Source: Lepidodermella squamata
Lineage: Eukaryota > Animalia > Gastrotricha
NCBI GenBank assembly: GCA_047495785.1
Contig: JBLDXI010000004.1
Span: forward strand, 1,922,001-1,986,000
Direction of reading: 5' to 3'
DNA length: 64,000 nt
The notes under the pieces are model-generated. The model was not told the DNA's origin. It was given only the letters and a program-made list of their open reading frames with translations, and searched no databases. The position numbers and the translations under genes were made by a program. How positions within the stretch are numbered: position 1 is the first letter of the stretch; every line of letters begins with the position of its first letter. Shown here piece after piece: positions 12,746-25,152 of the stretch.

Positions 12746-13618
12746 TCAACATGACGACTTCACTCGACTTGCTCCTCGCGAACTCAGCAAATCGGCCGCA
12801 GTGGTTTTGTTGTTGCAAATCGCCAAATCAAGAGCCGTTTTGCCTTCTGCATTTGTGACATCCTTCTTTGCACCTCTATCAAGCAGCAGTCGAGCTACTT
12901 CGACTTTCCCATACCAAGCCGCATCCATCAACGTCGTCCAGCCATCGTTATCCTTGGCATCGATGTCAGCGTTGCGATCCAGCAACAGTCGAGCTACTTC
13001 GACTTGCCCCCACCTAGCCGCCAACATCAACGTCGTCCAGCCATCGTTATCCTTGGCCTCGATGGCAGCGTTGCGATCCAGCAGCAGTCGAACTACTTCG
13101 TCGTACCCATACTCAGCTGCAATTATCAACGCCGTCTCGCCGACGTTATTCTTGGCCTCGATGTTAGCTCGGCGATCCAGCAACAGTCGAGCTACTTCGA
13201 CTAGCCCACTAATAGCCGCAACCATCAACGCCGTCCAACCAGCGCTATCCTTGGTCTCGGTGGCAGCGTTGCGATCCAGCAACAGTCGAGCTACTTCGAC
13301 GTGCTCAATCGCAGCCGCATACATCAACGCCGTCCTGTTAGAGTTATTTTCCTTTAAATTCACATCGGCTCCACGATCGACAAACAGCTGAGCGATCTGC
13401 AATCGCTGGTCGGATCGTGTCTGATTGCACGTAACACTGTGCAGTAGGGTGCCATTTGACGTAGTCCAACCACCACAGTCAATCTCTCTTGGGTTGCGCC
13501 AGTTGGGGTCGAATCTGCCGCCTGTGGATTCGTCGATCTCCGCAACGAGTTGCCGCACCTGCGCCACGTCGGCAGTGTTACTTGTCACACTCCACAACTG
13601 TTCGTACACTTCGCGTAC
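12746..13618 (-). CDS. Ankyrin-repeat exon, copy 2; no ATG
   Basis: Open frame with ankyrin consensus; acceptor aaatttag|GTA CGC GAA GTG (phase 0). Confidence 0.9.
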   Translation of the reverse strand, partial: VREVYEQLWSVTSNTADVAQVRQLVAEIDESTGGRFDPNWRNPREIDCGGWTTSNGTLLHSVTCNQTRSDQRLQIAQLFVDRGADVNLKENNSNRTALMYAAAIEHVEVARLLLDRNAATETKDSAGWTALMVAAISGLVEVARLLLDRRANIEAKNNVGETALIIAAEYGYDEVVRLLLDRNAAIEAKDNDGWTTLMLAARWGQVEVARLLLDRNADIDAKDNDGWTTLMDAAWYGKVEVARLLLDRGAKKDVTNAEGKTALDLAICNNKTTAADLLSSRGASRVKSSC

Positions 13619-14717
13619 CTAAATTTTAAAAGACAGAAATTTGACATTTTTAGTTTAAATGACAAGTCATTTTGCAGAGTTGTTTACTTTTTTTATAAGC
13701 CATACCTACCTGATGGCAGAATTGAAAGCAGACTTCGTTCGTGTTGCGACGTAAGGGACCGCCTGTACTAGCGCATATTTCTATATATCATTATACCGCT
13801 ACATTGCGGTTGTTTACAACTGCGGAGCGGTTGCATCCCAAATTACTATCTTTGGTTCAAGGGCTATAAAATTGCCATTAGCTGCGATTGCTATCGTGCG
13901 TTCTTGGACTCTTGGAGAGGAAAGAGAAATTCAACTTTTTCGCCTATCATTCCTATAATTCTTCAAATTTTTCTCGCTTTCTTCTGGAATTCTTCGATTG
14001 CAGATTTAACAGGTAGCAACAACGAGCTGCCGTGACCAATGAAAACTATTATTATCCGTGACTCGGTGCCGTAAATCTTTATTTTCAATGCAGCGAAATA
14101 ATTGAAAATGAACAAAGGATATGAAACTAAGAGAACAATTCATCACACTTTGTTTAACAGAAATGGCGATAACAGGTTGAATATATCGAAAGAGCCAGCA
14201 CTCTGCAATAGTATAGTAGCGACCTTACGCCGTAATTTTCCATTTCCGATTCCCAATCCATATCCAATATCCAATCTTTATCCAATCAGCTATAACTCAA
14301 GTGCCGAATTCGAGTAAAAGTTGGAGTATAATAATCCTAATCAACAATGCAGAATTTAAAATTTAACACAGCAGCTAATAGGATGTACTTTACTACTTTA
14401 ATAGCTGCGAGAGATATTGCAATAAGATTTTAATGAATTATTATTACGTATTTTAGAAACGAGCCATTCTAAATTAAAAGTTCCTCTGATTTCTACGAAA
14501 AAGTATAGAATGATATTCATGCACATGTAATATTATTGAAAGTAGATCTCGCCCCTGGAAGTTTTGGCGGATAAATATTTGAATTAGGAAACAAGAGGTC
14601 TTCAAAGTTTTCTGAAAATGTATCACTTAAAACCGAAATGAACTAACAATTTTCGTTGACGGCGAAACTCAATTAGTTAACTAAGTAACTAAGTAACGAT
14701 AACTAAATTGAAATGGC

Positions 14718-14883
14718 TTAGCGTCGTTGAATAACTCTGATTTGGGCATGTTTACGTCAGGGACAAGTAAAAGGTGATAGCAGAGTTTTTATGTGAACGA
14801 AGACGGAAGCAAACTTGTCACCCGTCAACTGTCTGTAACTGACGTGAACAAGCCCTAATCCGAGTTGTATTCAACGACGCTAA
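14718..14883. mobile_element. Small fold-back/MITE
   Basis: ttagcgtcgttgaata ... tattcaacgacgctaa with further imperfect internal pairing. Confidence 0.6.
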
Positions 14884-15171
14884 CGACTACGGTATGACTA
14901 CGGCGCAGTGATGGCGGTTCGTTCTGCTTTGACTGCTTTGGTTTAGCTTTTTTCTTCCATTTAAAATGTCTACTATTGGATACCAATTAAGTGTTAAATT
15001 TCAATACCTAGAGCAGATCAGATTTGTCTCCAAAAAGCTGCGCTTTGATTTAGGATCTAGCCTTGACAAGCAGAACAAACCGCTCCATTGCTCCAGAAAT
15101 CTACCCGTAAACCGTTCTCATCGTAAAGTACGCGCCACTTATTTGCCTTCAATTACTCTGAAACTCTGAAA

Positions 15172-15658
15172 CAGTGTGGTCCACGGCCGGAAAATGGCGA
15201 GTCACCAACCGGAGTCAAAATTGGGCCAAAGAGTCAAAACCATTCAAACGCCGATAAACCAGTCAATGTTACGTCTAAATATCACTCCAATTCCCGTTCT
15301 AGCTCGAAAATTGCTCTCGCTATATTCACCTGTCGCTGCAACTTTTCGGGGGGTTCGACTGGTTTTTAACAAAATTCGTCATTTTTGCGCCTTTGTAACT
15401 TGTAGAAAAATAGCTCCCTGCGAGCAAAGCGAGCTTCAGCTGAGGATATTTCTTCGACTTTTTGGACATTTTTGATGAGTGTGGAGTCAAAGCATCTCAT
15501 TTTGGAGTCAAACTCAGAGCCGGAGTCAAGTTTAGCTAGGTTATTTGTGACTCTTTCCGGAGTCAAGCTCGGCTTAGTAATAATCGGAGTCACACATGAG
15601 TAAAAAAATATCCCAAAAGAGTCAAAATGGCTTGGGAGTCACACTTTGGACCACACTG
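15172..15658. mobile_element. hAT-like MITE
   Basis: TIR cagtgtggtcca / tggaccacactg; 8-bp flanks ctctgaaa / ccctgaaa; repeated GAGTCA subterminal motifs. Confidence 0.8.
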
Positions 15659-17582
15659 CCCTGAAAGTTATTCTGCATTCTCGCCATTAGATTGAAGTGC
15701 CGTAAGCATTCCTGATTGACCTAATTATAGTTAAGATTCTAGCTAAAATGATCAAGTGGATGCGCATTGTAAATTATACTTCTGCGCATGATTGCTTTCT
15801 TTGATAACTACTGTTAGTCCGTGGCATTTTGCTCTTTGGCCGTCGGTTCAACACCATCAGACTAAATGTGACGTACTATTTCATTAAGAAGTCCGCGCAA
15901 AAATCGTGAATCCCAAACTCAAATGGTGGGTCACGTTTTGTCGTATCATGCCAAGCGAGTTGCATGTCAAGCATTTCTCGAATACAGCGGTTTCGTTGCT
16001 AATTGCTAATCATCAATCATCGCTAAATCGCTAACCGGATCACATTACCAAGGCAATCCGCTATCTTTCTTAGGATACATGGATACAAGTCATACTAGCA
16101 ATTCTCGAATGCTACCAACTTCGTAAACTTTGGGTGATTCTACTATTGACCTCATGTGGCTGCGAGCTGCGAATCTGCTTCAGCGATTCCGCGAGCTTCG
16201 CGCAAGGTTGTAGTTCAGTTTGTCGCAACAGCTCAACTGCTCATATTTGATAAAATATGAAATGCGATTAGAAAAATACGTGATCGCTTTTTCATGCAAT
16301 AAAATTTAAGAAGTATACCGAAATGCCTGCGAGCTGCGAGATAATGGAGAAGGATAACCACAAAATAGTTTATAACTAATCGCGTAATAAGTGCTCTCTT
16401 GGCATTTTCATGATAGTAGAAAAATTGGCTCATAGTCCATACTTCCGTAATATGCATTTTCCGTGATGATAACTGCATGGGTCGCATAAAATTATGCTCC
16501 GGGAATGGGAAACTAAAAAGTAAGCCCATTCGAACGCAGACTCTGGTCATGTTTGAACAATAAGTGGTGGATAGTCATGGTTCAACGTCACTATACAGAG
16601 AGAGAGCGAGAGAGAGACAGAGACTTTACCCTATCAGTTTACCCTATGGATATTGATAGAATTGATAGAATTGAATAATAAAAATTATATTATATATTAT
16701 AATTATAAAATTGATAGAATTATCCTAGACTACGCTCGAAGGGAACGAAGGTGAAATCAAGAAGAGGAGGATAAATTTGGTTGATCTTAAGAATTTAGCC
16801 ATGATAACGGAGAAATTGTCTGAAGCGTTTGTGCGTAGTACGCATTCTGGTAGCGTTGCAACCGTTCGGTATCGGATGCGCCGCAATAATGATGCATGAT
16901 GCTATTACCGGCAAATAAAAAGTAGCTTATATTACCAGTACCAAGTATTTTATTACAAACAGCATGGAAGTACTGCCTAACGCGGTCTCTTACGTCGCAA
17001 CACGAACGACTTTGAATTCGATTTTCCGCTGAAAAACATTTATTGACCGGAATTTAAAATTGAACTACTGGAACGATTTAGTAACCAACCCATCCTTAAT
17101 CTCTGTCTGTCAACCGCTTTTTCAACAGAAATAGTTGCTGATTTTTGCCAATATCGATAAAAGAAATCACCTGATAACTTGTCAGCGGAAAATCGAATTC
17201 AAATTCTGCTTTCAATTCTGCCATCAGGTATTGCGTATAAACAAAGAAATATCAATATAGCAGCACTGACAATTCAAGAGCACCCTTATAATGACCAATA
17301 TCCAATCAATCGATAACTGAAATCAGCAATTAACGGGTAAGCAATCATTGAATTTGTCGGCCCGCCCCCAGCTTCAATCATGAAGTTCTTGGGCTTGAAC
17401 TACTCGTGGCACCATTGGGAATCAAAATTTAGTTTGAGGAGATTTCACTAAAATTATATGTGAGTATAAAAATCATTGGTCAGCCTGAGTGGATACATCT
17501 TTTTGTCCGAAAGTGCATAAGATCGAGTCCTTTAATAGCAACAAAAACTGTTTTCATCCCTGGCAGTTCCGGGATCTAATAC

Positions 17583-18310
17583 CGCCCGAACAAAAAAGTG
17601 CACATTGTTTACGAGTTTTTTCTGTTCGCAATGATATTTTACGGGGTGTGTGGCTATTTTTTTCATCACCAACGATGATTCATCCAGTCATTTGGAGGTT
17701 TTATTGCTATTATTGGAGTATTTCTGTCATAGTGCGAGAAATGCCCAAAAAAGTAGACGGCGCGTGCCAGTTTTTTGCGACGTTGATTATCATGAAAAAA
17801 TTGCGCAGTGCTATCACGAAAAAAATAAGACTTTTTCTGCTATTTATAGAGTGGTATTTTTTCGACTGATATCGACCCGGTGATTTTAATTGCTGTTTTG
17901 GGGTTCTTTAGGATTTAATTTGAAATTAGCGTAAAAATGTCGGGCCTTTTTGTAAAGTCAAGAAATCTCGAAAATCAAATGTGGACTTTGCGTCGCAAAA
18001 ACAACAAAGTCCAAAGTGCAGGTTATTTATAAACCAATAAAAACAACAACATTTATGTGATCGCTGGTGGCGTAGTGGGTGAGGCATTGGGCTGGTGTAT
18101 CAATGGTCGATGGTTCAACCCCCACCGCAGAGGTACATTTTTAATTAATTAACTATTTAATTATTTGAATCATATTACTATATTTCTAGCTATTTGTATA
18201 TTCTCGACATATTACGCTAATTTCAAATTAAATCCCAAAAAACCCTAGTCAGAAATCACGTAAAAAACACGAGAAAAGTCGCATTTGATAAACTTTTTTT
18301 TGTTCGGGCG
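17583..18310. mobile_element. MITE-like element carrying a tRNA-like core
   Basis: Ends cgcccgaacaaaaaa / ttttttgttcgggcg; internal IR about 17900-17942 vs 18205-18245; absent from the paralogous site near 34804; partial second copy about 20235-20452. Confidence 0.7.
18061..18133 (+). other. tRNA-derived sequence (Pol III A and B boxes), probably pseudo-tRNA or SINE head
   Basis: TGGCGTAGTGG (A box) and GGTTCAACCCC (B box) at tRNA spacing; acceptor and anticodon stems imperfect. Confidence 0.55.
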
Positions 18311-20778
18311 CACCCTGTCAGCATAGAGATCAGATTAACCAGAGAGGAAACTCAATGCAAAAATTTTCTGAAAAAAGTCGTTGAGTTTTTTAAGAAGGAA
18401 TTTTAATTCCAAATTATTATCGATTGCCTAGAAACTGCATATTTTTGTTTTCCATCGTGAAAACTGACATTGAGCAATATATTGTAAAATCGAAAGTAGT
18501 TTTCTTCGGTGACTCACCCCGAGCTTGACAACTCGAACCTCGTCCGATTAGGTGCTACCAAACAGGAGATATTGAAGTGCGAAAATGTGTCTATTTTTCA
18601 AACTGGCGAACCTTTGTTTCGCTATATCTCCAAAGTGGGTCAGGGTTTTGGCTGAGCTTTACAGAAATGAAAGTTTGGGATGTGCTCTATCAGATAGTAT
18701 ATAAGCCTTGCGGAGTGCTTTTGGGTAAAACTCGAGTTATTAAGGCTGAAAGTAGGCATACCCGACCTATGAAACCATCACTTCTGAAACTACCGAATTA
18801 CCTTTGATGCTAAGTTTTACATCGCCGAAAATTTTTTACGGTTTGATGTTTCTGGGGCGGGGAATTTGGCGGGGAATAAAATTTGGGTTGATTCTGAGGG
18901 CGCGCTACAATCTACAGGCGCAGTACTTCCATGCCAAAGCGTAATCTCGCCTATACAAACAATATGCGCGCGCATACGAGTTGCATAACAAATGCGCGCA
19001 AACATAAATGCACTCCAGGTTTTTTATAATTGTGAAACAACGGTGCGCCGGGTAACAAAAATAATCGCATATTACTGCTCAGCGCATCAGCGCGGTCAGT
19101 TTGGCATACGTTTCGGCTTCAATTGAGCCCGTGACTCGATGAGAAAGGCCGCTACGAGTAACAAACTCTACTAAGTATCTTATCGAATACAAGCGATGGT
19201 TTTCTTCAAGCGGGATCTTTTCACAAAGCGCGTATTTTTTAGCGCACTTTTCTGCAAAAACTCACTAAATTTCGGCAAAGCTTTTCTTCGGTTGTACTTC
19301 TTCAAATTAGACTCCCGTTTTTATGGTAAATAGACCTCGCTTTGAACTTCAAAATTGCCAAAATTTAGGCCGATATATGCTCCGGCCAAGTCTTGACGCG
19401 CTCCCGAACCTGAAACAATTCGCAAAAATAGCTCATTTTCAACGAATTTTTTCGTCGAAGGGTGTGTCGCCGATTTTAAGGACAACCGTTCTTCAATTAT
19501 CCAAGTGCGCAAAACGCACAAGTCGAAAGTGTTTATAAAATGTGAGCACTCATTTGTGCGCGCGTGTCGAGAGAACATTTTTACGCGCGCGCACTGAAAT
19601 AGCACAAATATTATCCAATTCTCAGCACGCAACGCAACGCAACCGGCGTTCATCCGGTCGCGTGATACAGCGCGAAGAGAGCCGAAGTCTATGTTATATT
19701 ATAGGCTGGGAATAGGCTGAGAACAGGTCGAGTATCAGCCGAGAATAGGGCGTAAGACAGTAACGGAGTCTCGCCTAATAGATGGGTGTGATCGAAAGAT
19801 AAATCGTAGTAACTAGAGCAGCGCTTCTCAAACGGTGGGTCGCGACCCCCGCGGGGGGTCGCGGGCCCTTTTTTCGTGGGTAGTTTGGCTATCTCTAACA
19901 AACAAAAGCTACGGTTTATCTTTCGATCACACCTTTTCAAAGCGAGACGTAATGGTAAATACCAAAGTTTTATCTGAAAAGGTGAAATGGCCTGTTAGAG
20001 ATAACTGGAGTCGGCTGCGCCTCGTGCCCAAATGTCATTTTCGAATGTTAAATGACAGGGGCTCAAAATAGTATTAGAAATTAATTATGTTTTCGTTATT
20101 TTTCCTGTTAGTATAGCTAGTTACTGGTTATACATAAGGCCTCGAATGGTCGGTCGATGGTATATAATCTAATATATACCATCCGTTAATATATAATAAT
20201 GTATTATAATGTATTATATTATATTATATCGAATGGTCGGTCGATGGTTAAACGCCCACAGCAGAGGCACATTTTTAATTAATTAATTAACCAATTAATT
20301 GAATCATTTTACGATATTTCTAGCATTTCACGATATTTGCACTCTCTCGACATATTACGCTAATTCCAAATCAAATCCCAAAAACACCCTAATCAGAAAT
20401 CACGTAAAAAACACGAGAAAAGTCGCATTTGATAAACTTTTTTTTCGGGCTGTAAGGGTAAAACCACATCCTCCAAAAAAGTGAAATAGGTGGACAGTTA
20501 GGTCATTTATTTGGGACTGAAACCCCCTATTTGATCCTACTTCGCGCACTGCTACTACGAGTAACTTTCAGGCACGCGCCAACGTCATTACTCCGCATTA
20601 CATACATGTAGAGTGAGCATTACATAATAATATGGTATCTGAAGTCGGTAGATAAAAATCCACATTATATGGTGGTATAGGACATATACAAGACGGACAC
20701 ATATGCGAGAAAATCGGATAGAAAAACAGATGCGAGTTGCCGCCAATTGCACAAGGCCCAGTCACATATGCAAACAAT

Positions 20779-21570
20779 GGTGCTTTCACAAATGCGTCCG
20801 ACGAGCGTCCGACGTGTTCGGCGCCCGAAGTTTCTTAATAGGCACCCGTAGTAGCGTAATAGTTGTCCGACGTTTAGATTATCTTTCACAAACGCGCGCA
20901 CTTCGAGCCGCGCGCCCGAAGTTCAAACAATAGCGCGTCCGACGCCGCGCGCGCTCGCACAACAAAGAACGTCGGATCGGAGACCCCCAAAACTACCGTC
21001 CGAAGTGCGTCCGAACCGAAGTTTGCAGCGCGCACTATGTATTATTACACGCGCACCAATAGACATCAGCGCGGGCGCGGCCATTTGAATACTTGACTGG
21101 CTGTAAAACACTCAAGTCGTCTTGAAGTACGACGAGTCAAGAAAATGAGTTCGAAATTTACCAATTTTTCAATTTTTTTAAAGCCGTGCATGCCGAAAAT
21201 CTAAGGCCGGCGAAACCGGCAAGAAAAAATGATGACGCAAATCATGCGTCTTGATCACATAATTTTCGATGAAATTTAGATTTTTATGAACCGCATTGCA
21301 TTTCACATCTCATTATTTAGTTGAATTCAGCATTTACGCTGAAATTGAACATTTTTGCCTGACCCCGGTACCTGGTCTGCCACGCGCGCTCAAGTGCGTG
21401 ACACTCAGCAACTTCGGCGACTAAACAATGGAGACTTCGGGCGCCCGACCGCACGCGCGCGCGCGTCCGAAGTGCCGCTGATAACGATCTCCGACGTTTC
21501 GCTTCACTCTACCGAAGTTTGCGAGTTGCTAGCCGGAGTTTTTACCGTCGGACGCATTTGTGAAAGCACA
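20779..21570. mobile_element. PIF/Harbinger-like MITE
   Basis: TIR gtgctttcacaaatgcgtccgacg / cgtcggacgcatttgtgaaagcac; TAA on the right flank; repeated gtccga subterminal motifs. Superfamily tentative. Confidence 0.65.
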
Positions 21571-22121
21571 TAACTCATAATAAATTGACAATATGAAGAC
21601 TTCGAAGATTGAACATATAGACTCGTGGCTACGGCGTAATTTTCATCACCAATTTGATGTTATATCATGCGCTAATTTAAAATAAATATGTCGTAGGATT
21701 TTCAATTTCAATATATTTTAGCTAAGGCTTTTCAGCTTTTTTTTGACTTGAGCCATCCTTCAGAAGTTTAATTAGGCAAGTTTAATTAGGCAAGTTTAAC
21801 CATCGCTGATCGCTGAGTAATGAAACTGCGCGCAATAAAATTTCGCGATACAACGATGAAGCGCGACGTTGGCCACCGTGCGCAAAACAAGTGCGGAAAC
21901 CAGGACAAACAACAAATAAAACACCAACGTTTCCCCGTCATCAGCGCGGAAACAATGCGAGCGTTCGCTGCGAAGTGCGACGACACAATTTCGCACAAAA
22001 TGGCTCTCCGCACTTGGCAGCGGACTTCCGTTGAGGGGCTGGAAGAAAGTGCGTCAAAACGAGAAGTGCGAGATCGCTGTTATCTTGATTTGTTGAGAAT
22101 TACTGGAATAAGGCTGGAAGC

Positions 22122-23981
22122 TCAATCTCGTGTTCTTTTTCTCTGATTTTACGTTAAAACATTGCAACTCTGTGTCGAATTAACCAACGACCTTATTGTC
22201 GTGGAAAACTTACAGGTCTTCGGTGCTTCGAAACGCAGGAACCAGGATGAGACCAGGTAATATTCGGGAGGCACGATACGGCAGCATTTCCTCGAATCTC
22301 GAAGTTCACGTTGCATGATATGGATCGAGTGGCTCCGACGCTCGATTGACCAGGAGATATGGTGCCATTTTGTATCCTAGGTGGCAATCCACAAACTTGA
22401 TACGATAATTTGTTAGAAGAATCGGCAATGACTAAAAAAGAATCACTTGAAGCTTCACAGCTACCAGTCGCAGACCAGCTGCCGTTTGCCTGGCATTGGC
22501 TTGTTCCCTGGCCAACGAGTTTGAAGCCTGGATTGCACACCAATGTCATCGTGGATCGGTTGGAGCTACTGAAATATCCATTACTCAATACAGGAGCGGG
22601 GCCGCAGTCTTTATCATACTTATGAGGAATCAGTTTAGAAAAGTTGCTATTACTTACTTATCGGGTTACACCGGCCATTTATCACCGGTCGAAATGGAGG
22701 TACGCACGTGGCGATCGAAACAGAAGACGAATAGTTGTACCCAGGGTTGCATTTAACGCTAACAACCACTCCCTTTTCCACAGCAGCTTCTGGCCTCAGA
22801 ACTGCGCCGGTATCTTCCGAGGTCTCCGGGTCCACTCGGGTCACAAATCCCGCCGACACGTTAGGCACGAGGCAAGACTGCTCAGTAGTACTCACGGTAG
22901 TCTGGCTGCGAACATTTGTGTTATTTGAAATCCAATCGAGAACCTTGCAGACTCTGCTGTAGATGCCAGGCGTGTATCCGTTGCATGACTCGTCGCCATT
23001 CGATATTATTCCGAGCAGGTAAGTCTTGCTGGATTTCAAGCACATAAGAGGCCCTCCAGAATCCCCGAAGCAGACGTCGCTGTCATCGGCGGCGAAACAC
23101 ATATTCGAATCGGGGATTGTAACCGGATCCGGGCGGTCGCGGGAATACTCCATTGAGCAGTTTCGGTACGATCGAACTTGAAGATCCAGTATTCTCGGAA
23201 TCTCAGATAGTCTGGCTAAAATACAAGAGCGATTGTGGAAAGACAGTAGGATGGAATGGTGTTAAATTGCGGAACATACTGTATGCAAAGTGACCCCAGC
23301 CAACGGCAACTCCTGAATCGCATCCGTCTATCGAATTCGCATCGGTGTCAGAGTTGATTTGGCACATAGTGCTAGTGTCAGGCAAACAAATGGGTTTGAT
23401 CTGCTGAGAGAATCTGGGAACTGGGCTCGCCAGTCGCAGGAGAGCGAAATCAAAGTCGAAGAAATTCTGACTGTCGTTGTAAAGCGGATGCACCAATGGA
23501 GGCAGCGTGACGAGAGATTCGTAAGAGCCCGCCTCAGACCGGAAACTGATGTTATGGCGACCTAGCATCGCTTTTATCCTGGACACAAATAAGAGATTAG
23601 ACCATTAAACAGGGCAAAACAACGGGAAAAGCTCACAAAATCGGAGTTTCTCCGGCATCCCAAACGCAATGCGCAGCTGTAATCAGCCATTGCTCCGAGA
23701 TGAGGGAAGCTCCGCAGTAAGACGCTGAAGTTTCGCCGCTTTTGTGAATTTCAAGAAACACCTATGGCAAACATCCTGTTTGTGTTAAATAGCATCAACA
23801 TTGAATTGAAACAAACCAGCCATGGGTAGTCATTTGGTCCTGCTGGATGGCTGCCAGGGCCTCGCGATTTCGCCATAGCCGTGGGATTCACAGAACCACA
23901 TTCAGAACTCTCCTGAGCAGCGACTACTCCGGATAACAGCCAAAGGAAGGCGATTTTAATATCAGGTATTAGGAGGCGCAT
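22122..23981 (-). CDS. Secreted trypsin-family (S1) serine protease with 3 C-terminal CCP/sushi modules, copy B, apparently intact
   Basis: Signal peptide MRLLIPDIKIAFLWLLSGVVAA; TAAHC, DFDFALLRL, DVCFGDSGGP; phase-consistent short GT-AG introns; three C-x-P...C..G....C...W/F..C modules; CCP3 donor at 22213. Final exon uncertain (22142-22122 or the ankyrin exon). Confidence 0.88.
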
Positions 23982-24479
23982 TTAGACAACTTATTTAGAC
24001 AAGTAAAGAGGAGATTCAGCTACCAACAAAGGCTTTATAATACTTTCCTCGTGTTTGCGCAAACGTGCAGCTTTCTTTAAAGTAAATTTTCGTTTAAAAG
24101 TTTTTATTCGTGGTTATTTGTCTGTTAGTAATAGTAATGTGATAAGTACATAGTAGACATTCAAAGGTCGCGTTGGCGATACCTAGTGGAGAAAACTCTG
24201 AGGCCTGAGGTCTGAAGCATGTTAAAATACCTCATCATATCAAATTATCGACCCAGCTTCCTGAATATTTGTTATCTATGAATTCAAAGAGATTGATACC
24301 TACCTATCGAAGTTAAGAAACCACAAACATCATTGAAACCTCACTCTCTTCAGTGTCACGAAAGTCGAAAGCACCTGCTATAGCTGGAAAACCGTAAAAT
24401 CGAGCTGGAAGCGGTCGGCGAGCAGTCAGCGAGCCGCGCCTGACTAGTTTATGTTGGAGCTTGTGCACTAAGATAGCGT

Positions 24480-25152
24480 ACTTCTATTTGCACGATTTAA
24501 GCACGAAATCAATCGCAGATGGACTCTTATACACTTTGACCACAGTAGTCATTTGCTTGCTCGGAGCCATCGCAAGCATTGCCAACATCGTAGTTTACTA
24601 CAACAGGAAAGAATAACAGATTTGACACCTACGCTACGAAGCAAAACACTTGGTCTGCTGGTTAGTGCTGTCAGCTGTCAACAGTGAAGACGTCAACCGC
24701 TTTGGCTGCGGATCTCGTCCACAGTTGGTACGTTGGCTCATCAGCTACGAACCCCGCATGTGCATCGCCGCCACGTCAAATAACCACGTCATTGTACCGT
24801 TCAAATAATAAGGCAAAGTTATGACGTTAGCATTACTAGACCTCACACATTCAATAACGAGATAAATCCGAAAAGCTGATGATGATGGCTGTGGTGCAGT
24901 TCGCTCTGTGTGGCTGCTACCCGATCGCGTTCATCGTTGAGCCATATCAAACGCTCGACTATCAATAAATCATAATTGAAGGTTTGAAAAAATTTGTCTC
25001 TGAAATTTCGGAAATAGGAAAATGTTCGCTCAAATTTGGGCTGTTCGCATTGGATGGCGGTCGACGCAGTGGCGGCAACGGGAAGTGTTTTTCGCAAAGC
25101 AATCTATAGCCGCCGTGCTTGTGTTCAATGCGTTCCACCTGCCCATAGCCGT
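24480..25152 (+). pseudogene. Degenerate copy of the opsin-like GPCR
   Basis: HDLSTKSIADGLLYTLTTVVICLLGAIASIANIVVYY, WISSTVG, CYPIAFIVEPYQTL and REVFFAKQ pieces with deletions. Confidence 0.7.

Larger units (their letters stand above)
5077..13444. repeat. Segmental duplication copy 1 (near-identical to 25497-33864)
   Basis: Identical ORF translations at constant offset 20,420; one substitution noticed (7823 A vs 28243 G). Confidence 0.97.
13736..17008. mobile_element. 3.3-kb non-autonomous TIR element with 4-bp TSD, inserted in a TA-flanked MITE
   Basis: 27-bp TIR cgttcgtgttgcgacgtaag(g/a)gaccgc; TSD actt (13732-13735, 17009-17012); the uninterrupted host MITE is at 34239-34480. Confidence 0.85.

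Noticed and set aside
12801-13391. 196-aa plus-strand ORFs (also 33221-33811, 58284-58871)
   Set aside because: Antisense shadows of the repetitive ankyrin coding sequence.
18061-18133. Functional tRNA gene
   Set aside because: Acceptor stem and anticodon arm do not form a canonical cloverleaf; embedded in a repeat.
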